Positions 28,961 through 40,046 of a stretch of 64,000 nt of DNA are shown piece by piece (the first letter of the stretch is position 1; every line of letters begins with the position of its first letter). The stretch is taken from IMG/VR virus record IMGVR_UViG_3300037882_002578, positions 32,001 to 96,000 of that record. One strand, 5' to 3'. A program made the translations under genes and the position numbers. The notes beneath the pieces are model-generated. The model saw nothing but the letters and a program-made list of their open reading frames with translations. It had not been told where the DNA came from and ran no database searches. This stretch comes from a virus.

Positions 28961-31900
28961 ATGAAAAAGAAACTAAATAGAAAACCTGTATATAAAAAAG
29001 GAGGAGAAAGTTGGGTAAGCGATAAAATGAATAATCTGCCTATGTATCAAATGGGCACACAAGCTACTTTACCTAACACATTAGGGTTTAATCAATCTTC
29101 CATGAACTTACAACCACAATTAAACAAGTTAGACCCAAATAGTCTTAATTACGGAGAGACTTGGGCTAACAATAACCCCCTTCCACAAATGGGTACGAAT
29201 AGTTTTAGTTATAATCCAAACTTTGTGGAAGATTTAAATAACAACCCTTCTGATATTCTTTCACAAAATCAAGAGCAGTACTCTTATAATAACACAATAA
29301 ATGAAGATGAAACACAGTCAGAGCAATTTTTTAACCCTTATGGTGGAATAAATTTAGAGTCAAGACTTGCTTATGGAGCTAATCAATTAGGAAAAGGTAA
29401 TACAGCTCAAGGTATTTTAGGGCTTGCTTCTGGAGCTTTAGGAGCAGTCAGAACAGGAGTAGGAGCTTACGCAGCAGGAAATAGAGAAAAATATATTATG
29501 AATGAATATAATGATAAAGTAAACAAAGCGATGACTCCAAGAACAATGTCTTTAGAAGAAGGAGGAATGATTGACTTTATGCAGAATGGAGGTTATAATT
29601 ATGCACCAACAGGGGACAGAAGAATCAATACGATGGATGCACAAAAAATTAATCAATCAACAGGTATACAATTTACACCTGATTTTGCCCAATCTTATTT
29701 CTCTCAACAAGTACCTCCTCAAACACAAACACCTCCACAAGTTCCAAGGAAAAGTACAAATGTTTTAGACATAACTTCGGATGGACAGTTCACAGATAGA
29801 AAAGTGTGGAGAAATCAAAAACCTGAATGGTATGTAGGTAAAAAAGTAGCTGTCGAAGGCGTTGATTATGACAGAATACCTTATAAACAATGGGAAAGTT
29901 ATAAAATGACTCCTGAATATAGTAGTTTTCAGAATCAAAATATAGACAGTAGAATAGCTGAATATCAAAAAGGAGGTAAAAAGGAAGTACCTTCAGAAGA
30001 TGTTGTAAATAACCTACAAAGAGGCATGGACTTTGCTCAAATGGCTGCCAAATACATAGGAAGCAGAGGAGCTTTAAATAAAGTTCCAGGAGGAGTAGGT
30101 TCAGCTTTTGGTATATTAGATGCTTTTCAAAATTCAAAAAATATGAACCCTGCTGACGTAATAGGACTAATACCTTTTGTACCTGCTCAAATTTTGTCTG
30201 AAACAATTGACCAAGGAATTAGACAAAAGAAATTAATGGAAGATTATGCTAAGAAAGCAAAAAAAAATAACTTAAACATACAATTAAAAGATAATAGTTA
30301 TACAATTAAAGACACTACTTTAGATACCAATAAATATCAAGAGGGAGGACAGACAGGGCAAGACCAAGTTATGCAGATAATTCAAATGTATGCTCAAATG
30401 GCGCAACAAGACCCTCAAACTATAATGGAACAGTTGCAACAAATGTCTCCAGAAGAACAACAAATGGCTATTCAAGAAATGGCACAAGCTGTACAACAAC
30501 CACAACAGGAACAGCAGTTTCAGAAAGGAGGCGAATTTGTAAAAAAGCTTACGGGGGAATATACAACCCCCTTAGATGAGAATGACCCAACTATAAATGC
30601 GGAAGTGGAGCAGGGAGAATACTTGCAATCACCTGATGGAGAGATAAGTAAAGCTTTAGGGGAAACTCATGAGGCAGGTGGCACAAAAGTAAATCTCGAA
30701 GGAGGAACACGAATAGTTTCTGACCATTTAAAACTAGGCGGTATTAATGCAAAACATTATAAAGAAAATTTTGACTTAGAAGTAAAAGCTACTGACACTT
30801 ATGCAAAAGTATTAGACAAATTTACTCAAAAATCGGGACTACAAAAAATAGTAGACGAGCAAGAAAAAGTGATAGAACAGTTAAAAAAATCAGAAGAGTC
30901 TGCTCAAGGAAGTAGCGTATCTGAGTCTACAAACAATCTTAACAAAATGTTCTTATCTGAAAAATTAGCTGAATTAGAGCAAGAAAAAGCCCCTTTATTA
31001 GAGGCTAGAAAATCTTTAATGGAAGATGTATTTAATAGACAAGAAGCTTCAAAACCTGTAGAAGAAAGTTCAGAAGAGCAGTATGAAAAAGGGGGAGAAG
31101 TGCCACAATATCAAAGGGGAGACCTTACACCATATCAAGGAGAGGGAAGCTTCAGTCTTGATAATTTAGAGAACTTCTACAGACAATCAAGAGGTTTAGG
31201 ATATACAGGTAAAAAGCAGATAGGAGATATTCAACAATGGATGGCTAAAAATTATCCAGAAGAAGTAGTGAACTATTTTACAAAAAGCGGACAACCATTA
31301 ACAGCAAAACATGTAGATTTAATAAAGTCTAATTCTAGAGATGTGTTTGCTAAAACAGGTATTTCTCCAAACAAGACTTCTGCTGATTATACAAGTGAAG
31401 AAAAGGTAGCTCTACAAAATGCTTTAGGAGAGAGAGCTAATAAAGAATTTTATTTACAAGGTTTTACAGACAATAAGTGGGATTGGAGAGCACCTGTAAT
31501 GGGAGTACCACCTTTAGCTCCAGCAGGTTTAAACGCTCAAAAAATATCTGCTCCACAATTACCAAACTTTTATAGAGAACCCGAAAAGTCTCCAATACTA
31601 GAAGATACAGAAGTAGGTAAAATTAAAGATAAGCAAGAAGATACAAGAAAAAGTTTAAATCTTATGTCACTTCCAAACCAAGCACCTATGATGCCTGATA
31701 GCTTAGAAGGAGCTTTAAAAGTTACTAGAAGGTATGACAGAGTTAATCCTATGCAATTATCTCCTGAACAACAAATAGGAGCTATAAAAGGACAAGAAGC
31801 CCAAGCTATTGAACAAATAAATCAGTTACCTGAATCTCAAAGAGCAGGAGCTTTAGCTAATTTATCTGCAATAACGCAAGAAAACTTAGCTAAAGTTTAT

Positions 31901-32281
31901 TCAGATATCAATAGAGCAAACTTAGCCTCTGACAATCAAGCTCAACAGTTTAATGCTCAAACTCAAGCTCAAGAAGAAAACGCAAGAGCTTCTGACTTAC
32001 AAAGTTATGAAAATAAAATTATGAGAGCTAAAGCAACTACAGATTCTGATAGAAGAGGTTATTATAACCAATTAGAGGCGGTTAATTTAGCAAACTACAA
32101 CGCCGTGAATAATGTAAATTTGTTAAACCAAATGTATGATAACTATGGTTACAATGGAAGTAGTGTAGAGCAGACTCAAGGAGCACCAAAATGGAACGCC
32201 TCGCAAGCAACAGCAAATGGTATCCCCATAACAAACACAAAGAAAAAAACGACTAAAAAACGTTTTGGAGGTAAAATATAA
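28961..32281 (+). CDS. Virion cargo/ejection protein, low complexity with repeated xxxGG motifs
   Basis: 1106 aa, Q/M-rich tracts, GETHEAGG domain, no Cys, directly after muzzle and lysozyme genes. Confidence 0.6.
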   Translation: MKKKLNRKPVYKKGGESWVSDKMNNLPMYQMGTQATLPNTLGFNQSSMNLQPQLNKLDPNSLNYGETWANNNPLPQMGTNSFSYNPNFVEDLNNNPSDILSQNQEQYSYNNTINEDETQSEQFFNPYGGINLESRLAYGANQLGKGNTAQGILGLASGALGAVRTGVGAYAAGNREKYIMNEYNDKVNKAMTPRTMSLEEGGMIDFMQNGGYNYAPTGDRRINTMDAQKINQSTGIQFTPDFAQSYFSQQVPPQTQTPPQVPRKSTNVLDITSDGQFTDRKVWRNQKPEWYVGKKVAVEGVDYDRIPYKQWESYKMTPEYSSFQNQNIDSRIAEYQKGGKKEVPSEDVVNNLQRGMDFAQMAAKYIGSRGALNKVPGGVGSAFGILDAFQNSKNMNPADVIGLIPFVPAQILSETIDQGIRQKKLMEDYAKKAKKNNLNIQLKDNSYTIKDTTLDTNKYQEGGQTGQDQVMQIIQMYAQMAQQDPQTIMEQLQQMSPEEQQMAIQEMAQAVQQPQQEQQFQKGGEFVKKLTGEYTTPLDENDPTINAEVEQGEYLQSPDGEISKALGETHEAGGTKVNLEGGTRIVSDHLKLGGINAKHYKENFDLEVKATDTYAKVLDKFTQKSGLQKIVDEQEKVIEQLKKSEESAQGSSVSESTNNLNKMFLSEKLAELEQEKAPLLEARKSLMEDVFNRQEASKPVEESSEEQYEKGGEVPQYQRGDLTPYQGEGSFSLDNLENFYRQSRGLGYTGKKQIGDIQQWMAKNYPEEVVNYFTKSGQPLTAKHVDLIKSNSRDVFAKTGISPNKTSADYTSEEKVALQNALGERANKEFYLQGFTDNKWDWRAPVMGVPPLAPAGLNAQKISAPQLPNFYREPEKSPILEDTEVGKIKDKQEDTRKSLNLMSLPNQAPMMPDSLEGALKVTRRYDRVNPMQLSPEQQIGAIKGQEAQAIEQINQLPESQRAGALANLSAITQENLAKVYSDINRANLASDNQAQQFNAQTQAQEENARASDLQSYENKIMRAKATTDSDRRGYYNQLEAVNLANYNAVNNVNLLNQMYDNYGYNGSSVEQTQGAPKWNASQATANGIPITNTKKKTTKKRFGGKI

Positions 32282-32290
32282 GTATAGATT

Positions 32291-32329
32291 TAAGCAATTT
32301 GAAGATACCACAGAAATGTGGTATTTTTG
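32291..32329 (+). promoter_or_regulatory. Bacteroidota-type promoter with extended -33 element
   Basis: TAAGCAATTTG (32291-32301), 20-nt spacer, TATTTTTG (32322-32329). Confidence 0.75.
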
Positions 32330-32349
32330 CATATAAATAATTCAAAGAA

Positions 32350-35190
32350 ATGGCAAACTTTCTCTCAGAAAAACAACAATATAATAAGATAATTGACCCT
32401 GTTAACATTAACTTAGTCAATACAGTACTTTCAGCAAAACAAGGAAAATTTGACCAAGGAGTTGCCGCAATTGACTCTGCTTTAGGAGAGCTAGGACGTA
32501 TTGATGGAATGCTTTTAAGAGACAAAGATAGAGAATATTTAGCTAATAATGTAAAAAGTTTATTAGACGTAGTTAATAATAGTGGCAAGTTAGACTTATC
32601 TAAGTCAGGTGTAACTAGAAATATTCAAAGTCAAATAAAGTCTGCTTTAGATTCAACAGTTATTAATGCTGTAGCTCAAAGCAGTAAGATTAGAACTTTT
32701 CAGTCTGAAATAGCAGACAAACAAAAAAATAAACCTGAATTATATTCTGACGATAACTATCAATATGCATTAAAAAATGCAGGAGTTCAGAGCTACTTGA
32801 ATGGAGAGACAGAAGAAGTAGGGACTTTAAGATACGATGATTATATTGACGCACAAAAAGTTTTAGATGAATCTGTAGCTAAATGGGCTAAAGATTTTGG
32901 ATACAAAACAGAGTTTAAATCAGGAGATACAAGTCAACTAATATATGCTAATGAAGAAAAGAAAGTCCTTTCTAAGAACGATATTATAAATAAATTAAAA
33001 ACGAGTTTAGACCCAAAGATATCAAAGCAGTTACAAATTAATTCAGATGCTTACTACAGCAAAAGACCCGAAGGGCAAATTTTAACAGATGCAACTAATT
33101 ACTATAACAAACAAAACTCTGAAATAGATGTGAAACTTTTAGGAATAAAAGCGGAAAAAACTAGTGCATCAACATCAAGAAAAGTAGAATTAGAAAATGA
33201 TGAAAAGTACTACACAGACTTAAAAAAAGAAAATTCTAAAAAACTAGAAGATAAAGATTTTGACAACATTTATCAAAAGTATGAAATATACACTACAAAC
33301 TTATTTGATAACATAGCAGATAACTATGATAGAGACGAGGTAGTAGATATTAAGTACAATGATAGTAATTTAAAGATAGCTCAATTCAATTCAGATATAG
33401 AGTACAAGCAAGCCACTTTAAGACAAGGGCAAGAAAGAATAGACATAGCTAAACAACAAGCTAGAGCAGCAGATACAGCCAACATGATTGTTTCAGGAGG
33501 AAGTATAACAGATACTCCAGACCAAACAGCAGGAGAAAAAACAAATTCACAAAAAGCTTTAGAAAAACATAATTCAGACTTTAATGAATTAAAAGCTGTT
33601 CTTGAAGCTTCGGATGAAAACTTTAGAGATTTAAATACAGAACAACAAAAAGAAGATTACATAAAAAACTTAGCAAGCGTAAAAGGCTCTGTAAGTATTA
33701 ACAACGACTCTTTAAATCCAGAAGCTAGAGAAAAATTAGAGGTTTACAAAAATTCTTTGAACGTAATTAAGTCAACTAGACAAAACATAGCAAACAAAGT
33801 AGGAAATTCAATAATTGAAAATTATAATAATTTGCTAGGCAGTAGTACTAACTTTAGTAATCTTGCAAAAACAGCACCTTTAGCAGCAAACGCAGCTTCA
33901 AAAGGAGTACCTCTAACTAAATTACCTAAAGCTGATGTAGCTGCAATAAAACATGAAATAGCTGTAAACTCTTTAAACTTTGACGGCACATTAAGCCCAG
34001 AAGAAAGAAGCACCTTAAAAACTTATGTCAGAAACCTAGAACAACAACCTTACTTAACTCCTGCACAATCAAAAGCTATGAGAAGTAAAGATAAAGATGA
34101 AGTAGGTTATTTTGCAGGTACAGGCGACCTAATATCAGGTACACTTAAAGCATGGGGTTCTAGCCTAGTTTACGGAGGAGAAAGATTTATAAATTCAGTT
34201 ACAAACAATTCTAGTAAGAATGTTCAGGCAGAACAGGATTATAAAAACAGAAATAAAACAATAGTAAACCAACTTAATAGAGGTTGGGATAGAATGGAAA
34301 AAAGCAGACTGGATAAAGATATAACTAGCGAAGATACAAACTATACAGAATTAGATACAGGAGATTTAAAACCAACAGCTAAGTTAGGTTTTAGTGAGGC
34401 AGTAAAAAATGCAATTAGAAACGCAACAACTAACTCAGAAGACAGTTATAAAAAAATAGTTCAGGATACTAAAAATTTAAGAAGCATATCTTTTAACCCA
34501 GAAAATAAAAGTCAAGCAGGTATAACTCAAGCTATAAAAACTCAGTTGTCTGCAGTAAGTGAAACACCTGTAGAAATAGAAAAAGGGAGTATATTTGAAA
34601 CTGTACTAGCTAGTGACGGAAAGAATATAAACATAACTTACATTCCAAAAGGAGAAACTGAAAAAGTAGTAAGAACAATACCAGCAGAAAGTTTACCAGT
34701 TTTAAGTCAAGATTTAACAGATAAATCAGTACCTTTTATAAACAGTAAACTAAACAGAAACGCTCCTCCTAGAAGATTGACTTATGAAACTCCAAGAGAC
34801 TCAAAATCAAGAGAAGATTTGCTTTACAACATTTATAACATGTATGGAGAACAAATCCTACCTCAAAAAGAGTTAATAAAACAAGTTCAAACAGGGCAAG
34901 ATATTCCTACTCAAATAGAGATGAGAGCTATTGCAGAAAAAACTCCACCTGAAGTAGCAACACAAATAAACAAATTAGCCGAAGAAGTCTTTGACGTAAT
35001 TTGGACACCAACAGGAAGCGGATGGAGAGCCACAGCAGTAGATTCAAATAATAATCCTATAACTTTAGAGGGAAGACAAGTAGAGAAAGTAATCCCAAGG
35101 GATTATAATGAAGGAGCTATGAAATTAGAAGCTATGGGATTAATAAATCAATATAAAGTTTTAAAAATAAAACAGTTAATAACAGAATAG
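32350..35190 (+). CDS. Virion cargo/ejection protein
   Basis: 946 aa, helical, Cys-free, in cargo cluster. Confidence 0.55.
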   Translation: MANFLSEKQQYNKIIDPVNINLVNTVLSAKQGKFDQGVAAIDSALGELGRIDGMLLRDKDREYLANNVKSLLDVVNNSGKLDLSKSGVTRNIQSQIKSALDSTVINAVAQSSKIRTFQSEIADKQKNKPELYSDDNYQYALKNAGVQSYLNGETEEVGTLRYDDYIDAQKVLDESVAKWAKDFGYKTEFKSGDTSQLIYANEEKKVLSKNDIINKLKTSLDPKISKQLQINSDAYYSKRPEGQILTDATNYYNKQNSEIDVKLLGIKAEKTSASTSRKVELENDEKYYTDLKKENSKKLEDKDFDNIYQKYEIYTTNLFDNIADNYDRDEVVDIKYNDSNLKIAQFNSDIEYKQATLRQGQERIDIAKQQARAADTANMIVSGGSITDTPDQTAGEKTNSQKALEKHNSDFNELKAVLEASDENFRDLNTEQQKEDYIKNLASVKGSVSINNDSLNPEAREKLEVYKNSLNVIKSTRQNIANKVGNSIIENYNNLLGSSTNFSNLAKTAPLAANAASKGVPLTKLPKADVAAIKHEIAVNSLNFDGTLSPEERSTLKTYVRNLEQQPYLTPAQSKAMRSKDKDEVGYFAGTGDLISGTLKAWGSSLVYGGERFINSVTNNSSKNVQAEQDYKNRNKTIVNQLNRGWDRMEKSRLDKDITSEDTNYTELDTGDLKPTAKLGFSEAVKNAIRNATTNSEDSYKKIVQDTKNLRSISFNPENKSQAGITQAIKTQLSAVSETPVEIEKGSIFETVLASDGKNINITYIPKGETEKVVRTIPAESLPVLSQDLTDKSVPFINSKLNRNAPPRRLTYETPRDSKSREDLLYNIYNMYGEQILPQKELIKQVQTGQDIPTQIEMRAIAEKTPPEVATQINKLAEEVFDVIWTPTGSGWRATAVDSNNNPITLEGRQVEKVIPRDYNEGAMKLEAMGLINQYKVLKIKQLITE

Positions 35191-35191
35191 T

Positions 35192-38100
35192 ATGGCAGGT
35201 ATAAATATATTTGGAATAGACACTACAATTGATTTAACAAATGAAGTGCGTAAAAAAAATCCAATTGACTCTGCTATGCCAAAAACTTCTGGGTTTTTTG
35301 AATCAAACCAAGGTCAAGATAACGGAGGATTATACTCAAGTTACTTTTCAAAGCCAGAGTCTTTCAACATAAATCAATGGACAAATGAAGATAGAAACGT
35401 CTCTCAAACCAGGTTAAATGATGGAACTTATGTAGATAAATTTGAAGATTATTATGCTGGAACTAACAATGAAGAGCGTCTAGCACAAGGGCAATCCACT
35501 TCTGATAAATGGATAAATGGACTTGAAAAATTAGTTTTAAAAACAGGTAATGTTGTTCTAGGCAATACAGTAGGTTTTGTTAATGGTTTTATAGAAGCTG
35601 CCAAACAAGGAAGTATGTCTGCTATATATGACAATGACTTTACTAAGACACTTGATGATTGGAATACTAAATTAGATTATAAGCTACCAAACTATTATAC
35701 TCAACAGGAAAAAGATGCAGGATTCACAGACAGTTTAGGTAGTGCAAACTTATGGGCTAACGACGTACTAGCAGGAACAGCATTTACTTTAGGTACAGTA
35801 GTTTCGGAAGCAATATGGGCTTATGCTACAGGAGGAGCAAGTTTAGCTTTAAGAGGAGCTAGGATAGGATCAGAAATAGGCGTTACAGCAAGAGCAGTAG
35901 AAAAAATGAAAGGGTTTTTAAAAATACCTTTAAAATCAACAGCTAGTAAGGGATTAGTAAATAGAGAAGGAGCTATATTAGGAAGCAAGGCAGGAGAAAT
36001 ATTAAACACTGTAAGATTTGGATTAACTTCAGCCTCTGGAGAAGCATCTACAGAAGCTTGGCACTATAAAAAAGAAGCTAAAGAAAACTTTTACAATAAC
36101 TTCGAGTCTTTAAATGGAAGAAAACCTACAGACGAGGAAATAAGTAAGTTTGAAGAAGACTTATCTAATTCAGCAAACACAGTTTTTGCCACTAACTACT
36201 TACTTGTGGGCGGAGCTAACTTGGCATTTTTTGGCGGACAATTTGGTATAAAAAACCCTTTAAAATCTTTATCAAAAGACATAAATAAAAGTTTATTTGG
36301 AGTAGGGACTGAAGTAGTAGAGACAGGAGGTAAAAAAGCTATTCAAGCTTTAAAAGCTACTAAATTTCAAAACTTTGCAGGAAAAGCTTATGGAGTAACT
36401 CGAAACTTATTCAACGAAGTAATACTTGAAGAAGGTTTACAGGGGGTTACTGCAAAGACTGCTAATAGTTGGTTAGATAGTACTTATGACCCTAAAAAAA
36501 CTGCGGAAAATCTAGACATGATGGGAATGGTCTATGAAGCTATGGCAGACACCTATGGTACAAAAGAAGGATGGAAAGAGTTAGGTACAGCCGCATTGAC
36601 AACAATTATAGGTGGAGCAGCAACAGGCAACTTGTTTGGAGACGCAAAAGCTATTGACAACAAGAGAAAAGGAATGGAATACAATGCAAGTGGTTTAAAT
36701 ACCTTTGCAGGAGACATTTTCATTAAAAGATTAGCTATGACTAATCAAATACAGGGAGCTAATGAACGTAAAGCAGAAGCAGACGCTAAAGGAGATTTAG
36801 TTGGAGGAGAAATAGCTAGAAATGATAGCATGTTTTCTAGACTTAATTTCAATTATAACATCCAGAGAGACTCTAAAGAAGACATTTCAGACTTACAAGA
36901 CTCTTTAAACTTAATGACTGAAGAGCAGTTCAAGGAAGCAGGGATAGACGCAGAAAACATAGAGCAGTTTAAAACTAATACTATTGAAGAGTACAAAACT
37001 TTATCCGAGTCATTTGAGAAAAATAAAGAGTTTGCTGAGGCTATCATAGGAAAAGGACAATTTGTTGGGGGGAATGAAGCAGGACTTACAAATAAGTCTG
37101 CAATAATAGAAGCTTTAACTTATAACCTTACAATGGGAGAAGTTACAGGTGGGTTACAATCTGATTTATTATCAAGTATTAAAAAAGAAATACTTGGAAG
37201 TTTTACGCAGAGTAATCAACTTGTAGACGCTTTAGATGTAGATAGAGTTCTTATAAATGCCAATAAAAGTACTCAAAAAGATTATCAAAAAGTAAGTAAA
37301 AAGCTAAAAGAAACTTTTTCAAAAAAAGAAGCTTTAAAAAAAGAACTTTTAAGCCTAGAAAGAAATAAAAACACTAAAGAAGATAATACAACCTATAATC
37401 AAAGATACGCTCAAGTATCTAACAAACTATTAGAGTTAGAGGGAGAGTACATAAAACTTACGACGGAAAGAAAGTTGGTATTTAAAACAGCTAAAGTAGA
37501 GAACCCTTTTATAAAAGATGATACCTCAGTTTCAGAAATTGACTTAGATAATACTGAAAAAAAGTTATCGGATTTAAATAAACTTGTTGAAAACTTAAAG
37601 GAGACTAATTTACCAGCACACTTAAAAATTAGTAAATTAATCTCGGAGTACAACCGTTCAGTAGAGCAGTTTAAAGAGTTTAATAATACCGCAAAAAAAC
37701 TTTCAGACCCTAAGTATAAGCCTAAAGACCAAAATAGTTTTCTTTCAAAAATAATTAATGGTAAAAAGTCTATGGACGAATTTACTAGAGACTTTTTCTT
37801 AGAAACTATTAAAAAGTATTCGGACGTAAAGAATGAGTACTTAAAAGAACAGGCAGAAGATATAATTGCAGACGTGTCTAATGAAGAGTATAAAAATTTT
37901 CAAGACAACAAAGAGGTTTCTGAAGAATTGTTAAAAATTATTTCTCAAAAAGTAAAAAACAATGAAACACTTTTACCAAGAGAGAAAGAGATTTATGACG
38001 CTAAAAAAGAAGAAGTAGATGCTATTAGAGATACCATAGAAGTTAAAACACCAGAAGCAGAAACTCCTCAACTATCCTCTACAAAGCAACTAGTAAAAAG

Positions 38101-39994
38101 AATAGAACAAGCTATAGAAGCTAACAGTGTTTCTATGACTTACGTAGGTAATAGTTATGACGACATAGTAAACAAACAACCTACTCAAGAAGAGCTTGAC
38201 GAGTATGAGAGTTATTTAGAGAAAATAAATAATAGTAAGCGAAAAGATAAAGATTTTGCTACAAGAGTTAATCCAAGTTTTTCAACAAATACAAAAGCTG
38301 AGATAGGATTAACTAAAGAAGAACTTGTAAAATTTCAAGCTTTGAACTTAAAACTTTCTCAATGGAGAATGCTTGACGGAGCAGTTAGCGGAGAGAGTGA
38401 AAGTATTGCAGACTTAATTGAAATTTTAAATCAAATGAAGATTTCAATAGAGCAGGAAAATACTAAAAACACTATAAGCAGTCAAGAATTTGTAACCATA
38501 AATGAAACAGATGAATTACAATCTGCCAATGATGTAACTCAAAACAGTTTTACTCAAGTTCATAATAACGTTACAGCTAAAATAGTAACTATAAACAAAG
38601 AAAATGCTATAAGATTTAGCGACCTAAACATAGCAACGGTTATAGAAAGACTACAAATAATCCCAAACATAATTACACTAGATGGACAAACTAGACAAGC
38701 TACTCCAGAGTTAATTCAAGAGTTTGGAAAAGTAAAAGGTACAAAATTTACTTTTGGGGATATAAATTTTACTATAGAAGATAGAGCTAGGATATCTATT
38801 ATGGAGACCAACTATAATTCGATAAAAGAAACTTTAAATTTAATACCTTTATCTTCTAATTTAACTTACAGTACATATTCCCCTGTTTATCAAAAAGCAG
38901 GAGATGAAGTAGTTCAAGTAAGTTCTGACTTTACACCTTCTGCACCTATAGATTATAATCCAGAAGCAAACTATGAAGTTTCAGAGGGAGAAGATGTAGA
39001 ACTAGAAGTTAGATTCGATGACCCTTACAATGCTTTTTTAATTGAAGAACTTAGAAAGGCGGGTAAAAAAATAAGTAAAGAATTAGCAGAAAGAGTAGAA
39101 AAGTCATTAGTAATATTTACAACTCTAAAAGGAAATCAAATATCAGGCTCTTTAAAAGCCACTCACAGTACAATAGGAGAAGGAGTAACGGATAACAAGT
39201 TTTTAGAAATTAGAAAAAATGCGTATCTAACTTTACTAGAAAACCTTAACAACGGTTCTACAGGTTTTAAATTAAATTCAAAAGTACAAGTTAGAAATTT
39301 AGTTTTAGGTTTTCCAAACATGAACGTTCAACAAACTGAAGAAGGCTACGAACCATTAAATGTAGATTTTACAGATGAAAGCTTAGGAGTTGTAGTTAAT
39401 ACAGGCTATGTGCTAAATGGAAAAAGTTTTCTTTCAAAAGACGATAAAGGAGTAAGATTTGATTTTACTACAAAAATATCCAAGAAAAATAAAACTACTA
39501 AAATACCTGTAGTCGTATTTGAATACAAAGGAGTTAAAATAGCTTATCCTATAAGTTTAGTAACAACTACTGTACAAAAAAGCGGAGAAATAGCAGAGAT
39601 ATTCAATAATCCCCAGCTTTCAGAAGCAGAAAAGATTAAGAAAATTAATGCAAAGCTTGTAGAGAATAACATAGAACCTAAACAGTTTGAATTAACAAGT
39701 TTAGACCCTGTGAAATTAAAAAGTATCGCAGAAGCTATGGATAACATTCAAGATTTTATCTCTGTTGAAACTTTAGCGGATAAAGACTATGATAAAAACT
39801 TATTAAAATCTCAAGCACGAATAGCTATAAACTTACTAGATAAACCAGTAACAGCTCCTAAACTAGTTCTAGATTTATCAGGATATTCAGGAGAAGGTTT
39901 TACAGCTCCCGAAGTGGAAGTAGGAGAAGAGGAAGTTTTTACAGTACCTGCAGAAGACTTGGAAGAAGTTGAAGACTTAACAGATTGTGATTAA
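35192..39994 (+). CDS. Large ejection protein with membrane-inserting region
   Basis: 1600 aa; G/A-rich hydrophobic segments in the first 500 aa; only Cys is the penultimate residue. Confidence 0.6.
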   Translation: MAGINIFGIDTTIDLTNEVRKKNPIDSAMPKTSGFFESNQGQDNGGLYSSYFSKPESFNINQWTNEDRNVSQTRLNDGTYVDKFEDYYAGTNNEERLAQGQSTSDKWINGLEKLVLKTGNVVLGNTVGFVNGFIEAAKQGSMSAIYDNDFTKTLDDWNTKLDYKLPNYYTQQEKDAGFTDSLGSANLWANDVLAGTAFTLGTVVSEAIWAYATGGASLALRGARIGSEIGVTARAVEKMKGFLKIPLKSTASKGLVNREGAILGSKAGEILNTVRFGLTSASGEASTEAWHYKKEAKENFYNNFESLNGRKPTDEEISKFEEDLSNSANTVFATNYLLVGGANLAFFGGQFGIKNPLKSLSKDINKSLFGVGTEVVETGGKKAIQALKATKFQNFAGKAYGVTRNLFNEVILEEGLQGVTAKTANSWLDSTYDPKKTAENLDMMGMVYEAMADTYGTKEGWKELGTAALTTIIGGAATGNLFGDAKAIDNKRKGMEYNASGLNTFAGDIFIKRLAMTNQIQGANERKAEADAKGDLVGGEIARNDSMFSRLNFNYNIQRDSKEDISDLQDSLNLMTEEQFKEAGIDAENIEQFKTNTIEEYKTLSESFEKNKEFAEAIIGKGQFVGGNEAGLTNKSAIIEALTYNLTMGEVTGGLQSDLLSSIKKEILGSFTQSNQLVDALDVDRVLINANKSTQKDYQKVSKKLKETFSKKEALKKELLSLERNKNTKEDNTTYNQRYAQVSNKLLELEGEYIKLTTERKLVFKTAKVENPFIKDDTSVSEIDLDNTEKKLSDLNKLVENLKETNLPAHLKISKLISEYNRSVEQFKEFNNTAKKLSDPKYKPKDQNSFLSKIINGKKSMDEFTRDFFLETIKKYSDVKNEYLKEQAEDIIADVSNEEYKNFQDNKEVSEELLKIISQKVKNNETLLPREKEIYDAKKEEVDAIRDTIEVKTPEAETPQLSSTKQLVKRIEQAIEANSVSMTYVGNSYDDIVNKQPTQEELDEYESYLEKINNSKRKDKDFATRVNPSFSTNTKAEIGLTKEELVKFQALNLKLSQWRMLDGAVSGESESIADLIEILNQMKISIEQENTKNTISSQEFVTINETDELQSANDVTQNSFTQVHNNVTAKIVTINKENAIRFSDLNIATVIERLQIIPNIITLDGQTRQATPELIQEFGKVKGTKFTFGDINFTIEDRARISIMETNYNSIKETLNLIPLSSNLTYSTYSPVYQKAGDEVVQVSSDFTPSAPIDYNPEANYEVSEGEDVELEVRFDDPYNAFLIEELRKAGKKISKELAERVEKSLVIFTTLKGNQISGSLKATHSTIGEGVTDNKFLEIRKNAYLTLLENLNNGSTGFKLNSKVQVRNLVLGFPNMNVQQTEEGYEPLNVDFTDESLGVVVNTGYVLNGKSFLSKDDKGVRFDFTTKISKKNKTTKIPVVVFEYKGVKIAYPISLVTTTVQKSGEIAEIFNNPQLSEAEKIKKINAKLVENNIEPKQFELTSLDPVKLKSIAEAMDNIQDFISVETLADKDYDKNLLKSQARIAINLLDKPVTAPKLVLDLSGYSGEGFTAPEVEVGEEEVFTVPAEDLEEVEDLTDCD

Positions 39995-40030
39995 TTAATT
40001 TGCCAAAGTTAAAAATAATATTTACATTTG
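39992..40030 (+). promoter_or_regulatory. Bacteroidota-type promoter
   Basis: TAATTAATTTG (39992-40002), 20-nt spacer, TACATTTG (40023-40030). Confidence 0.65.
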
Positions 40031-40046
40031 TAAAAAATAACAGTAA

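Noticed and set aside
33240-33270. DKDFD as an RNA polymerase DxDxD motif
   Set aside because: It lies in a K/E-rich helical stretch with no double-psi barrel context and lacks the usual flanking residues.
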